Assembly: GCF_001194135.2 (NCBI RefSeq) | Contig: NC_069001.1 | Coordinates: forward strand, 30,319,093 to 30,383,092 | Length of the DNA stretch: 64,000 nucleotides | Source of the DNA: Octopus bimaculoides | Taxonomy: Eukaryota | Direction: 5' to 3' | Part shown: positions 38,346 to 52,219 of the stretch, piece after piece | Position numbering within the stretch: position 1 is the first letter of the stretch | Layout of the letters: each line of letters starts with the position of its first letter | Notes under the pieces: model-generated | What the model was told of the DNA's origin: nothing | The model's input: only the letters and a program-made list of their open reading frames with translations | The model's database searches: none | Program-made: the position numbers and the translations under genes

Positions 38346-39089
38346 TTTTTGTAAGCTATGATTCGTCATGTTTCTGGTGATGTAGTCACTGCGACGAGGA
38401 ATAGATACTCTGCAGTCTTATCTCGTTGCCTGTCGGTACGTGCGCTGTGTATAGTTGCTTTGCAATCGTCTCCGTCCGAATAACAAGTGCTATTGATTCT
38501 CGGCTACGGTCCAGGGTAAGAACTCCAGACATGAAGCATATCATACTTTATTTACGAATCTTGATACTCTAACTGAAACATTCGGTAGCTCATATTTGCT
38601 TTTCATGATGTTGGGTAGTTAAAATAAACATTTATCAGCTACTTGACTCTGTCTACAGACCAATGTCTGCAGCAAATATTTATTAGCGTTGTACACGTTT
38701 AGAAATCAATAATTTGAAAGTGTTGATGTTTAGCGTAGTCAGAAAAGAATAGTAATGATGTTTAGCAATTCAGCTTTATCACCTGGTTCAAATAATGCTG
38801 TTTTGAAATTCTCTCTACGTACTCTGCGGACGTTAACATAAATACAATTCAAGTGTCTTAGGATTACTTTTAAAATGAAGAGAACAATAAGACACTGCAT
38901 CAATATTAACATTTGAGCATCGGGCACGTTGTGGTATTTCGTTAGAAAATTTTTACCTCGTTTAACATTCATGGCTTCTAGGTCAATACTATAGATTACT
39001 TATGGAAAACTAACACCAATTTAAAGGGGAACATGTGTCCTCAGTACGCTAGCAATTCTGGCAATCATACATACCAATATTAGTTCCAA

Positions 39090-39300
39090 ATATTAGAACA
39101 ACCCCAGCAATTTCATGGGGAGGTTAAGTCGATTAGATCGACATCAGTGTTCAACTGGTATATATTTGAACGACCCCGAAGGAATGAAAGGCGAAATTGA
39201 TCTCGGTGGTATTTCATCTCGGAGCGTAATAAGGGACGAATTGCAACTAGGCATTTTGCCTGGCGTGGAAAAAGCTCTGCCAGCTCGCGGCTTTTAACGT
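39090..39300 (-). mobile_element. SINE family B
   Basis: GATCGACATCAGTG...CGACCCCGAAGGAATGAAAGGCGAAATTGATCTCGG...CTGCCAGCTCGCGGC. Confidence 0.75.
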
Positions 39301-39665
39301 AATAATTAGTACTAAGAGAGCACGTTGCATGCAGCATAAATGATAGGTTAACTGGATTCAATAAATAACTCAATGAAATATTTATATCTATTTATTCCTT
39401 GGTTCAAAACCCACTGATGTCTCACATTGCAGTGCATCCATAATTATTCGATAAAATTTAAGGTTCCATTATATGAACTATACATATACTAAAATACTGT
39501 CGTAGCTGTTTACCTACGTCGGATAATTTTACCAATTGTCTAAAGAATGGATTTGTAGAGTGAGTAGCACATTAATATAGGGTTTCAATTACGCCCAACG
39601 ATTAAAAAGATTATCGAAAATTCTCTTCATCTTTGATGTCCGTAGATTTAACAAATAACAATGTT

Positions 39666-39753
39666 TATATTCTTTTATCGCTATAATTACTCCCCTAGAA
39701 GTAGCAAAAAAATTATTATTTTAGTGGAGTAATTATAGCTATATAAGAATATA
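39666..39753. repeat. Inverted repeat, 32-bp arms (29 Watson-Crick pairs), 24-nt loop
   Basis: 39666-39697 pairs with 39722-39753, checked base by base. Confidence 0.9.
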
Positions 39754-41369
39754 CTTTCTAGTGGATAGATAAAACGTGAAATATGATGTAATTGCTAATT
39801 ATATAGATATTAATTATTGTATTTGTATATATATATATATATATATGAACAAGAAAATCATGTAATTAGTTTTATTAATATTAATTTGCACTACCAGTGA
39901 CGTACATTCTCTTAATAGCAAAGACTTTTCTCGTGATTATTTTCCACTCTCAATTATCAGGGCACCGTTTTCCTGTTAAGAAATTATCTAGAGGATTATC
40001 GTGTAGCTGTTATCAGGGAAAAAATGTCACAGAGCAGTTATCAAAGGCAGTTTTATTATAGGCTCAATTAGTCAGAGGGAAAATATCAGAAGGGTATTTA
40101 ATATCAGGGCACTGTGTTTTCTAACGGGAAAGGGTTGTGGTTGTAATATTAAGATGTAAGGAGCGGTCTGATCGATTACTCTGTGTTTAAATGAAGAAAA
40201 GTTCTGCAAATTTTTACTGGACGTTATTTGTCGTTAAATATTCATTAACAAGACAAGCAATATTCCGAGCTCTTTAGCTGAGCTTCCTATAAATAGTTGT
40301 TAATATTCCCTGACATCAAAATTACTTCTGGCGAAGAAAGAGACTGAGTGAACTATGTTATACAGTTCTATGTACCTGTAAAGAAACAACCAGGCGATGG
40401 TGTTGGAGCTGATGGTGCGTGCTGGTGTCGGTGATATGTAATATGTTTAGTTATAGTCCTATTTGGAAGCAATTTACTAGAAGCTACGAATATCAACATT
40501 AGTGCATATTCTGAGTCATAAGAAATAACACAATATCCGTCATACATCAATATATGTGTAATAAAATAGGGTATAGTGAACAATAAAGGCTATTAGGATA
40601 TATATAGCAAATTAGGCAGTTAGGAGGAAAACTCTGAGCAATTTGTTATACTCTTTTCGAAATCAACAAATTAAGTCCATATTTACGATGGCTAAACGGT
40701 GAAGATAGCAAAGAAAGTGGTGAACGAACTATATCAAGGTAGATTTTGAATCGCTTTCATCGCCTATATGACGTATGCAGTTGGAAAGGTGATAGGTTTA
40801 CGATTTGTTGCTAGGACTTCCTGGACTGTAAAGCGTAATTATGAACGGCTTGTAGTAGGCTCACTATTTGTAGTAGGCTCACTACACGGAATTTGAAGCT
40901 GACAAAAATGCAAGAACGTAAAATTCCGAAGAGATTTATCTTATTCAGAAACGAGTCAACTTTGTTGATCGTGATGAAAACCTAAAAGATTAAGTTGTAA
41001 CATGCTGTTACTTTCCTGAGTTAAACAGCAGATATATTCATACAATCGATATTAGGTTGGAATAAGAAAAATATAGTTGAAACTGAGTAGCGTGAATAAC
41101 GTACAGGAACTGGCAATTACTATAAAACATAGTGAGGGGAATATTATTACTATTCATAAAATCGTGAAGGAGAGATATGAGTTTGAATTTGGTTTGCCGA
41201 AATGATAATTTAATATACTGTAAGGATATCCAGCTTAACATATCACTCATATAATAAAATTCAGTGTATAAAAATGCGCCACACTGTTCTGCGTATACCT
41301 GATTATTAGCCAGTATGTATCGATATGACTCTAAAAATAATGATACTTATGTCATGCTATATATGTGCA

Positions 41370-41417
<48 letters not shown>

Positions 41418-42149
41418 CAGATATATTGATAGATAGATAGATAGATAGATTGATGATTGTATATGTGTATATGTGTTTGTCTATGTTTCTATATACATAG
41501 TTATGTATGGATATGTATGGTCAAATGTATATTGGAGATACAATATTTCAGATGCCATACAATAAATCTAATATATTTACCGTGACCGAAATGTGAACGG
41601 CTCTTTAATGACATATATATCAATATCAAGTGATTATGGAGATGTCAAGAAACAAGTTAAATGAAATTCCATAGAATTACAATTAAATACTCATGGCGCG
41701 CTGCAAATATATCGCTTATTGTATGTGATTCAGCGACCGAATAATGATACATATTACGATATATGCTGCCGACGATCGCATTGCTACACATATTGATAGC
41801 GTCATGAGACGTAAACTAACGAAAGTTGATATGTAAGAGCTGTAAAAATATTACAATAAAGCAATTAAAAGCCATATTATGCATCTAGTTGTCGTGTCAG
41901 ATTTACCTATAGACACTTCCGAGGGAAAAATTCTGTACAGCTTGTAATGGATCTATGGAATATCAATGATAATGTTTATAATATTTCTTGCCCTGTCCAG
42001 TATAGTTTGAATGGTGCAATCTATATTCCATCCTAAACCATGTTCTTGTGAACGTATACATCTTTCTTCACTGATTAGTTCTTGCCCACGTTTGTTCCTG
42101 GTAAGATTTAACCAATGAATATCTCTTGCGACAAATTACACGATATGCA

Positions 42150-42470
42150 TGTTTTCAAAACAGGTGAACGGGACATGCGTCGGTTGTGTACTGAAAAATC
42201 TTGTGACTCTGTGTTATATAATGAATGAATGAAACTATCCCAAAAATAATGCAAAAGAAGATACGGTAATATTGCAAAAATGGTTTCTTTGGAGCTATAA
42301 GTCAATTGTGACGTGGATAAACGAAAAGCATGGTATGAGCAAAACCCAGAATGAGTAATGTTGTATCAAAAGGTAAAACTGTTGTGTCGTGTAATTACCC
42401 AATGTGATAATAAGATGGAATATCGAAGGTTGGATGTAGCTGTGAATAAAAAGGAAATATCTATTTCATC
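42150..42470 (+). mobile_element. R4/Dong-clade LINE fragment (knuckle to RLE region), pseudogenic
   Basis: Single frame with stops: KLSQK*CKRRYGNIAKMVSLEL*...AWYEQNPE*VMLYQKVKLLCRVITQCDNKMEYRRLDVAVNKKE; cut off by the SINE at 42475. Confidence 0.8.
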
Positions 42471-42474
42471 AGAA

Positions 42475-42650
42475 GTGTTGGTTCTAAATTTTGGCACAAA
42501 GTCAGCAATCTCGATCAGAAAGGGTAATTCGATTATATCGACGTCCGTGTTCAACTGGTGCTTATTTATCGACCCCGCAAGGATAAAAGGTAAAGTCGAC
42601 CTCGGCGGAATTTGAACTCAGACCGTAAAGACAGACGAAATACCTGTAGT
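42475..42650 (-). mobile_element. SINE family B, 5'-truncated, tail 3
   Basis: CGACCCCGCAAGGATAAAAGGTAAAGTCGACCTCGGCGGAATTTGAACTCAG. Confidence 0.85.
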
Positions 42651-42749
42651 TTTCTTGTTGCTATTGCTGCTTCTTTCTATCTCTCAAATAAATCCATAGA
42701 ATTTAAAATTATCGATCTACACACTACTAGCTTAAAATTTATAAATCAT

Positions 42750-42879
42750 TGGACAGGAGTGGCTGAGTGGTAAGTAACTTGCCTACCAACCACATGGTTA
42801 CGCGTTCTTCTACTATAACCTCGGGCCGACCGAAGCATTGTGGGTGGATTTGGTAGACGGATGCAAAAAAAAGCCCGTC

Positions 42880-42924
<45 letters not shown>

Positions 42925-43120
42925 GTGTGTGTGTGTTCCAACATCGCTTGACAACCGATGCTGGTGTGTTTACGTCCCCGTAACCTAGCGGTTCGGCAAA
43001 AGAGAACGATAGGATAAGTACTAGGCTTACAAAGAATAAACCCTGGGGTCGATTTGCTCGACTAGAGGCGGTGCTCGTGCATGGCCGTAGTCAAATGATT
43101 GAAACATGTAAGTAGAGAGA
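42750..43120 (+). mobile_element. SINE family A, near full length with a ~30-bp deletion in the head
   Basis: GGAGTGGCTGAGTGGTAAG head, internal (TA)(TG) microsatellite, CCCCGTAACCTAGCGGTTCGGCAAAAG body and TCAAATGATTGAAAC tail. Confidence 0.9.
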
Positions 43121-43754
43121 GTGTTACATAAATAATAGAAGATTAATTTATTTTGCATGAGAAGATCCAGTGATTTGAACTCTTTCCACAAACAAGTAAA
43201 ACACCACTAGAGGACTTAAGAAAAGCTTAAAGTCAACCACCTGATATGAGTCCGTTTTGTTACTCTTCTTGCTATGTTTTCAAATACTTTGTAGCATGAC
43301 AATAATTTTCGAATTACCCCTCTCGATTATTTTCTTATGGCGCTCATAATCTTTTTTATTCACAAAGTTATTTTCTTACATTTTTATCAGTCTTAAATTT
43401 TGATTTCTTTATTGTAAGTATTTTCTTAGTTAATTCACAGGTCGTCTTTTTCTATGTTTCTATCGCGTTTAACCATAACTCTGTTCTCTATCAATCTCCA
43501 TAACATACGCCGATTCTTTGTTAAATTATTCATTTATAATCTCATTTCATTCCCTAGAACAAGTCTTACGACATAATCCTGTTTAACTCTCTCATTTCTA
43601 TATTTTTATCTCTGTCTATCGCTCTCTATTCTCTCACTCGCCACACGATTATATTAGCCTATAGTTTTCCTTATCACACTATCTCATTATCACCCCCTTT
43701 AATGCACCACGAAAATATACACACTCTTCTCTCACTGTCGTTCTATTTTCCTCT

Positions 43755-43768
43755 ATATAGATAGATAA

Positions 43769-43812
<44 letters not shown>

Positions 43813-43871
43813 GTAGGTAGGTAGATAGACAGACAGATAGATAGATAGATAGATAGATAAATAGATGGATG

Positions 43872-43921
<50 letters not shown>

Positions 43922-44067
43922 CATAAACACACACACCAGTAGAGATTGAGGCAAGAAGACACATAACCCGAGAGATAACTAGAAAGACAGACAGACAGGT
44001 AGATACATAAATTGAGAGATAGACACACAGATACATAGATCGAAAGATAGACACAGACAAAGAGATT

Positions 44068-44102
<35 letters not shown>

Positions 44103-44140
44103 TGTAAATAGGTAGACAGATAGAAAAATAGATAGATAGA
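43755..44140. repeat. Interrupted (GATA)n/(GACA)n tract
   Basis: Directly visible. Confidence 0.95.
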
Positions 44141-44570
44141 TTCGTTTCACTCCCTCATTTTCACTGCCACACCCCTCTTCTGTTCTACAGTTTAAACATC
44201 TCCTTGTTTGTCAGCTGCCAAATTGTAAATTACCTCAAAGACATTTATTGACCAAGTTCCAAAAGATTAACTTCAAACTGTGTTTGTAACTTATGCTGAG
44301 CTGTCAACAGAACTCCAACACAAATATTTCTACCAGTGGGTATTCCTTGGAAGGTCAGACAGTTTCAAAAGGTAGAGAGAAAGACGTAACGCGATACAAG
44401 CAGAAATAAATATAAGACAGAATATTAGAAACATACAGATATGTAGAACATGGCGAGAGCAGAGGAACAAGAAACTAATAATAATAATAACAAAATTAAT
44501 AATAGTAGTAGTAGTAGTAGTAATAACAACACCACCACCAAAAATAATAATAATGATAATAATAATAATA

Positions 44571-44920
44571 TGGTATAAAAGATGGGCTACAGCAAATATT
44601 CAGCTCAATACCACCGATTTGCTCGTCAGTTGTTTCCCCTTAACCAGTTGAGCATGTCTCTCAGTGGCTGACGATATCTGCACCACGTGATGGGTATACT
44701 GGGCTTTAGTTTCCCTTTCTTCCCCAGTTTCACTTTGATGGCATGCACTGCTCTCTCACTCAATAATAACAGTTATAAAGCCCTGATGAAGTAAGTCAGT
44801 GGCTTTCCTGGATTCTCATCGTAACTGATTGGAAGTGTTATCATGTACATTGTTTTGTCTTGGTATAAAAAATGGACTATAGCAAATATTCTGCTCACTA
44901 CCACAATGTTGCTTGTCAGT
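44571..44920. repeat. Unclassified repeat flanked by (TAA)n, with a 60-bp direct repeat
   Basis: 44571-44630 and 44861-44920 are 50/60 identical; the first block is bounded by AAT repeats on both sides. Confidence 0.6.
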
Positions 44921-45819
44921 CCTTCCCGAGTGTTAAACTATTACACCTGCATGTTCTTCCTACACCTCGCTGCATCTTTGTTTCTGTAAATTTTAACTAT
45001 ATAAGTATATTTCGAATATTAGATTGTATAAATATGCCCTCATCAAAGACATATGAGCTCGCTATCTTCAGAACATTTCCGTATTTTCTACGTATTTCAT
45101 TATGCAGCGAAGATTTACGGCATTCCCTAATTACAATGTTTAAATCATCACAGCATTAATGCATATTGTGAGAAGAATAATGTCCACACTCCATTGTAAC
45201 ACACTGTCTCAATATTTGATTGAAGAAATGCGGAGAAAGCAAAGAATTTATTGCATGCATTGAAAGAGGGAATCTTGACTTGGAGGTGATTGGATTCATG
45301 TTCTCAGGTTTGTGTTGGAATTATTGAGAAATGAAAAGCCAACGAGGAGTTGTTCATTGAATATTGATTCCACGTAGAGAAGTTGTGGATTTTGAACAAT
45401 GCTTGTATTTGTTTCTGTGCCCTGGATAATGCTGATTATGCGAAAACATTATCCCAGACACCAAAACAAATATCATTACTGCAGAAATGAAATAATTCAA
45501 GCTAAAAATTACATTGGCATTCATAATTTAAAAGAAAACAGTAGAATTGTTAGAAAAAATTAATTCTTCAGTTTGTAACCTCGGGCTAATTACGTAATAA
45601 AGATAAAATTCACGCTCAACGTTTTGCTTTTATGAAAAGTAAATTTATTTTGTCATTTTTTTCCTAACGAAATGTTCTTCATCGCTTAAATATATTTTAC
45701 ATTTACCTTACATATTTTATCATGAACATTAAGCCATTTAAACTGAAAAGTTAATTTAAAGATTCAGAAGCCATTTACGTAATATATCTAATATTTTACG
45801 TAAACATGGTTAATATTTC

Positions 45820-46290
45820 TTCTTTCTATTCCGCCTGGGTCGACATTGCTTTATATACTTTAGAGATCGGTAAAATATATACTAGTTGACAACTGAGTTT
45901 CATATAATCCTCGTACACCAGACTCCAAAATTGCTGTGCCAGAATCCGAAAGCAATGAGTGGTACTTTATTTTAATGTTCCAGAAGAGATAAAAACTTCA
46001 GTTGAACTCAGAACGGAAAGTTCTAAAAGAAATACTGCGCTAAAGATTTTGCCAGATATACTCGATAAATTAACTACCAGTTACACACTTGGATCGTTGT
46101 AATCGACTTAATCCATTTGTCTGTCCTTGTTTGTCCCCTCTATGTTTAGCCCATTGTTAGCAATGAATAAATAAGAAACGATAGCACGATGAAAGGCAAT
46201 GTCTACCTCGGCGGATTTTGAAGACCAATCAAATGTCACTACGGATTTAGGCTATGTGCTAACGATTTTGACATTTCACCGCCTTAGTTA
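45820..46290. mobile_element. Cluster of SINE family B fragments in alternating orientation
   Basis: Approximately + 45825-45950, - 45950-46060, + tail 1 at 46065-46180, - head at 46185-46290. Confidence 0.6.
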
Positions 46291-46852
46291 CAGCTTGTAT
46301 CAAAAGTATTTTGAGGTTCAACATCTTCAGCATTGAGTTGTAAATTATTGTCTACATATAAGCAAAGCCTACTAAGGAAGTCTCTACAATACATTTACCA
46401 CTAGATTCTGCTTTGCACGCATTTCTCTAAGATTATATTGATGACAAAGCATTCAACGCGTTGGTACAAAAGCAATCAGCAACGTGCTTCCAGCTTCTGT
46501 TTACTGTAGGTTTAATATAATTACTTGATCAATCTCTGTTCCCCTGCGTTGCATTCTTGCGTTCTTGTAGAACAAAATACACGTGCATTTCATCCCACAC
46601 TCACATACACACATACACAAACGTAAACAATATTTTACCCTTCCATCCCACTCATACGTTACTAACATGTATTCTCAATCCTTTTTAAATAGGTCTCCTG
46701 TAGTGTACAAAAGCTGTCTTTCCTGGCGGCAATTACTTTTCCTTTTACGCAGTGTATCATAGTTAAGTAAACAAATTATCCACTCTAAGAAGTGGAATGA
46801 AAACCAATGAGAAAGATATGTCTTAATGAAGCAGATTCCCGAAAAGCGGAAC

Positions 46853-46854
<2 letters not shown>

Positions 46855-46883
<29 letters not shown>

Positions 46884-46945
46884 AGGCACACACACACACA
46901 CACACATACACACACACACCCTCTCTCTCTATCACTCTCTCTCTA

Positions 46946-47022
<77 letters not shown>
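46855..47022. repeat. (CA)n(CT)n compound microsatellite
   Basis: Directly visible. Confidence 0.95.
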
Positions 47023-47026
<4 letters not shown>

Positions 47027-47099
47027 GAAGAAAACACATACAAATAGAATTTTTTTAAATGCGTGTTGCAGGAAGAAACAATAACCAACATAAATTAGT

Positions 47100-47320
47100 C
47101 CTAAGGCGGTGAGCTGGCAGAATCGATAACACGCTGAGCGAAATACTTAGCAGCATTTTGTCTGTCTTCATGTTCTGAGTTCAAATACCGCCGAGGTTGA
47201 CCTTGCCTTTCATACACTCTAATTCTATAGAATCAGGACCAGTTGAGTACTGGGTCCAATGTAATCGATTTACGCCCTCCTCCGAAATTGTTGGCATTGT
47301 GCCAGAATTTCAAACCAATA
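47100..47320 (+). mobile_element. SINE family B, full length
   Basis: TAAGGCGGTGAGCTGGCAGAATCG...GAGTTCAAATACCGCCGAGGTTGACC...GAATTTCAAACC. Confidence 0.85.
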
Positions 47321-47814
47321 CAACGGTTACTTCTATAGACACTCATCATGTCGTGAACCAATGAACTGAATAATATTTGAGTCTTTGGTAATTGGTAAAG
47401 GAACAGAATATAGCGTTCCATGTGGAATAATTGCGGATAGGCGTATGCGATATAAATGATGTCTCCCAATAGGATAATGTCGTAAATGTAATGAATACGT
47501 GCTTTTCTCTGCGACACATTGCAGGCGTATGTACTTAGAAAATATTTACTGTACTATATATTTCGATGTGTGAGTTTGTTTTGAGAATAAGTTCTTAGAT
47601 GTGTGCCTGTGAATACGTATGAACATAAATAAGCCCACAATATAAATTGGCTGACGTACAATATTATAGGCAATGTTACAATAGTGGTGGCGAAAAATAC
47701 TAATTTAGCTCAGATTCAGGAAGAAGCAAGAATGAGAAAGAATACAATACATGTTTCAAGGCACGTATTAAAAAGGGTTCCATCATGCACATTACATCAA
47801 AGAAATGAAGGAGG

Positions 47815-47880
47815 TAGACGTTTCACGGAAAGAAACAAGGAGAGAGAAAAAAGAATGTGTAGTGGCTAGCGATCTATCAT
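47815..47880 (-). mobile_element. Short fragment of the 9880-10440 family
   Basis: GAAAGAAACAAGGAGAGAGAAAAAAG...TAGCGATCTATCAT parallels 9995-10050. Confidence 0.4.
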
Positions 47881-47918
47881 ATATATATACATATATATAT
47901 ACATATATGTATATATAC

Positions 47919-47994
<76 letters not shown>

Positions 47995-48579
47995 TACATA
48001 AATGCGAGTGTATATGTGCATGTATGTGTGTATATCACCAAAAGGCTCCAAAACAGTGCATCCTAGAGCAAAATAGATTTGATTTTAGAAATTGCATCCC
48101 AACGAAGAACATTTTTGTTGTTAATAATCAAAATATAATTTTCTACAAGAAATAACTTCCAGATTGCCAACGTTGAATATCTTTCGAAGCTGCCAGCTTA
48201 AACCCGTGACTACCTGAGTGTGTGTATACATGTATGTGTGCGTGTGTGTATGTATGTTGCATCTTATAACTGTCTCTCTACTGCTCTTTCATGCCTTATT
48301 GAAAGAGATACATGTGGAAAAACAAAGGGGAAATAACATAGAGGAAAGAGAAATTGAGAGAAACTGGTACAAAATGAAACAAAGGTCTGCGACCAGAGTA
48401 GAGGTGGTTTCATTTACTATTGAAGTAAACACGTGTATATGCGTGTGTATGTGTCAGCGTGCGTGTGCCTGTGTATGTGTATGTTTATATGTTTATATAT
48501 ATATATATGTGTGTGTGTGTGGGTATCTGTCTCTCTCCCTTTCTTTCTCTCCCTGTCTCTCTCTATATATATATGTATT

Positions 48580-48619
<40 letters not shown>

Positions 48620-48894
48620 NNNNNNNNNNNNNNNNNNNNNNNNNNNNNNNNNNNNNNNNNNNNNNNNNNNNNNNNNNNNNNNNNNNNNNNNNNNNNNNNN
48701 NNNNNNNNNNNNNNNNNNNNNNNNNNNNNNNNNNNNNNNNNNNNNNNNNNNNNNNNNNNNNNNNNNNNNNNNNNNNNNNNNNNNNNNNNNNNNNNNNNNN
48801 NNNNNNNNNNNNNNNNNNNNNNNNNNNNNNNNNNNNNNNNNNNNNNNNNNNNNNNNNNNNNNNNNNNNNNNNNNNNNNNNNNNNNNNNNNNNNN
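48620..48894. other. Assembly gap (275 N) within (TA)n
   Basis: Run of N. Confidence 1.
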
Positions 48895-48933
<39 letters not shown>

Positions 48934-49893
48934 ATATATAAATATATATACACATATATATATATATATGTGTGTATATATAAATATATATACACATAGA
49001 TATGTATGTGTCTAGATAAATATAATATATATGCATACGTGAGGTACGTACTTACTAACCTATTGGAGTAGAGGCAAGGATACACATAGGTATGTATGAT
49101 ACGAATGTGCACACGATATTGAATTTGATAATAAATTAGGATAGGCAATATTCATGATTCTCATAAGGCCTGAAGTTAGAGAAATGATTAAAAAATAAAC
49201 ATGGCGGTAAGTACGCTTCTAGATACGTATGTATCTGAAACTGTATATAATGAACAAATTTAAGCGACATCAGATACGCAAGAACGAAAATAACCACAAG
49301 AATCTATGGAGATGCTGGAACTATAAAGTAAGATAATAAATAGAAAGCAAAACAGTTAGCTAGTGAGTAAATAGATAAATTCTCTTAGGCTGACGGAATT
49401 TACTAAAATTAGCGGCGTTTATTTGCTATGAATGAAAGGAAAACATCATAGAGCGTACGACAAACCGCGCCTGCGCTTATAATATATATCATATTTTAAA
49501 TAGCATTAAATGATATATGTGTATTGAAGAACTTTAGAGGATTAATGAACAAAGAATGTTATTGAAGTTATAGTCTGCAGAAGTTTTGCTAATTGGAGAA
49601 AAAGTATTTCTATAATTATTCAAAAACTGACTCGGTGACAATGACATGAAATGTTTTTATTTGAAGAAATATATACATTTGCATAAAAACATTAAATACA
49701 TTATAAATGTAACAATACATCAATACACTCATACTTACATATATGCATACATACATATGATGCATCACACACAAATACATACACACATACACATGTATCT
49801 GTGTATGTATGTATACATGCATATACATATGTTTGGTGCGGTGTGCATATATACATATATCTTTATAGATTTCTGTATGCTTCTGTAAGTGCG

Positions 49894-50400
49894 TATTATT
49901 ATTATTATTATTTTGACCTGGCTGAAATTGGGTCTTACTCTTTGCAGGAATTATGTCGGTAGTGGGTTACTACCTGTAACCTTAGATATCTACAAATTTT
50001 CAGCAATATTTCAAGTGCTTAGGACGCTCTTGATAATCCTTGCTGTCCCTAAGAGACAAACATTCTGTAGGAGCTCTACCGGGCATTCTATTTCAGTCTC
50101 CTTCAGCCATTTATCTGTCTTTGCTTACTATTCCCAACGCATCGATTATTGTAGGATCGACATTTACTGTTCGCATGCTCCACATTCTTCCTATTTCTAA
50201 CTTTAAGCAATTGTATTTTCTTTTTTTTTTCTTCTTTTTTCTTTATAATCCTGGAAGCAAACGGGCATGATGCATTGATAAGTAGGCAACTTCGCTTTTC
50301 CCTATCTGCATTTGCTATATCTGGTCTATTATTACTAAATTTTTTGTCCGTTTGAATTCGAAAGTCCCCAAAATTCTTCCATTTCTCCGTATTATTGTTA
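49894..50400 (-). mobile_element. R4/Dong-clade LINE 3' end (RLE domain, 3' UTR, (TAA)n)
   Basis: DFRIQTDKKFSNNRPDI...CLLINASCPF...; shifted frames give EIGRMWSMRTV, ALGIVSK and ECPVELLQNVCLLGTARIIKSVLST*; ends in (TAA)n at 49894-49912. Confidence 0.85.
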
Positions 50401-50439
50401 ATGTGAGTTAAACCAAAATAATAAATATCATTTTTATCA

Positions 50440-50745
50440 TTATTGACTTGACTCAAGTTCTGTCTTGCTAGGATTTATAACCGGTAATGTTAGTTATCCA
50501 CATGCTCTCAATTGTCTTCTTAGAGCCACTACCAACTCCTGATAATATCTCCTGTCCTTAAGAAACAAACTTTCTGTAAAAACTCTGCAGAACATTTTAT
50601 TCTAATCTCTTTGAACCGTGTATCTATATCTTTGCTTAGGCTTCCCAATGCACCAATTATTATCGGCACAACTTCACGTCTTTTATACTCCAAATTCTTA
50701 CAATTTCAAATATTAAGAGATTGCATTATTTTGTTGTTTTAGCTA
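50440..50745 (-). mobile_element. Second, divergent R4/Dong 3' end in tandem
   Basis: FEIVRIWSIK / EVVPIIIGALGSLSKDIDTRFKEIRIKCSAEFLQKVCFLRTGDIIRS, then a UTR ending at CAATAATGATAA. Confidence 0.75.
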
Positions 50746-51202
50746 GGATGTTAGCGGTGCCTCGTAGTGCTATTTTCTGTATGTAATATACACTTGTAAG
50801 TCCTGGAGTTTTTACTATTTATTTGTCTGAAAGTTCTTATCATACCTAATGCACCTACTATAATAGGAATTGTTTCTGTTTTTTAGGTTCTACATTCGAG
50901 TTGGATCTATTTACAGCTCTTTGCATTTTGAAAGTTTCTCCGTTTCTTTTACAGAAATGTTGTCAGCTGTTGGTATTGATACAGCAATTAGAAAGCATTT
51001 TTCTTTTCTTTTTTTTTTCGAGTGTAACTTTGACAACTATATCCAGCTTATTAACGTTGATTTCCATGTGTATATTGGCATATCCCAAAGTATGGTTCCG
51101 CTCTCATTTTCTGTGACGTTTTCTGACGTGTGCTTATACCATCTTTTTTTTTTCTGTTGTTAATCCATAGTCTTGGCATAGATTATTATTATTATTATTA
51201 TG

Positions 51203-51233
<31 letters not shown>

Positions 51234-52219
51234 TATTTTCTTTGAAAGTGCCTGTTACAAATCATTCCCGTCTGGATGATCAATTTCTGTGTATGTCATT
51301 TCTACAATTTCTTATGTTTTTTATTACGTAACTTCAAGTCGTGGCACGAACACTAGAGAGGAAATTATTTTTGAACGTAGAATCATTTTGTTTACTGTCA
51401 ATAAAAACTGTCTGTAGCTGTAAAGAGAACGCCCCTCAACCAAAAATAAAAGTCTGATAGCAAATTCGTTTACAGAGAATGAAGAAGATTCTTCTGTGAG
51501 ATCGCTCACATGTCATAATAAAGATTTGCTATTTCTATGAACAGTTGCTAGACTCTTGAAGTATTCTATGCACATTTTGGAACATCGACAGCCATACAAC
51601 TGCAGCATACGCACATAGTTTAAAAGAGAAAATAGTTGAATTATTATTGAAATCAATGGACGTAATTTTACCAGTATTGTATAGGAATATTTCTGACATG
51701 GAACAAACAGAGTGAAAGTAAGCAGCAGGACAATGGTCAAAAGTGAAGGCTACAAGACTTGTTTTACATTACGCCATAAGACCTTTCATTGCTCCATCAA
51801 TTATTAGAAGTGTGATTTCCGTTTCATATGCTACTAGAGGTTATATCGTTCTCTCGCTGTCGACTGCTTGTCCAGAATCATTTATTCCATAAATGACAAA
51901 TATATTCAGGCTAGACTGAATCATTTGACACTCAGTTTTGTGGAAGAATTAACGGAGAATCTAGCCTAAAGGCGAGGGGTATATGCGAGTTGTTTTCAAA
52001 CTGAGTGTTATTTGATGGAAAAGATCGAATAAGAAAGCCACACACATGAGCATAGTGATACGTCACAAAACATGGTGTGGGATAGAATTAGGAAAACTAA
52101 AGTATAAGTATCAGTGACATTGCTCTTAGAAATAGCACTGAGAGTTATTGCATGGAAATGTAATTTTACCTTCGGAATAGCTAGAATAATATGTGCCCCG
52201 GAGCAGTTAATAATTTTTA

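Noticed and set aside
40850-40884. 17-bp tandem duplication TTGTAGTAGGCTCACTA (and a 16-bp one at 30729/30749)
   Set aside because: Two copies only; ordinary slippage or repair duplications with no evidence of an element.
44783-44830. CTGATGA motif as a further hammerhead (also 19320 and 27148 CTGAGGA)
   Set aside because: No stem II closed before a GAAA and no stem I/III complement.
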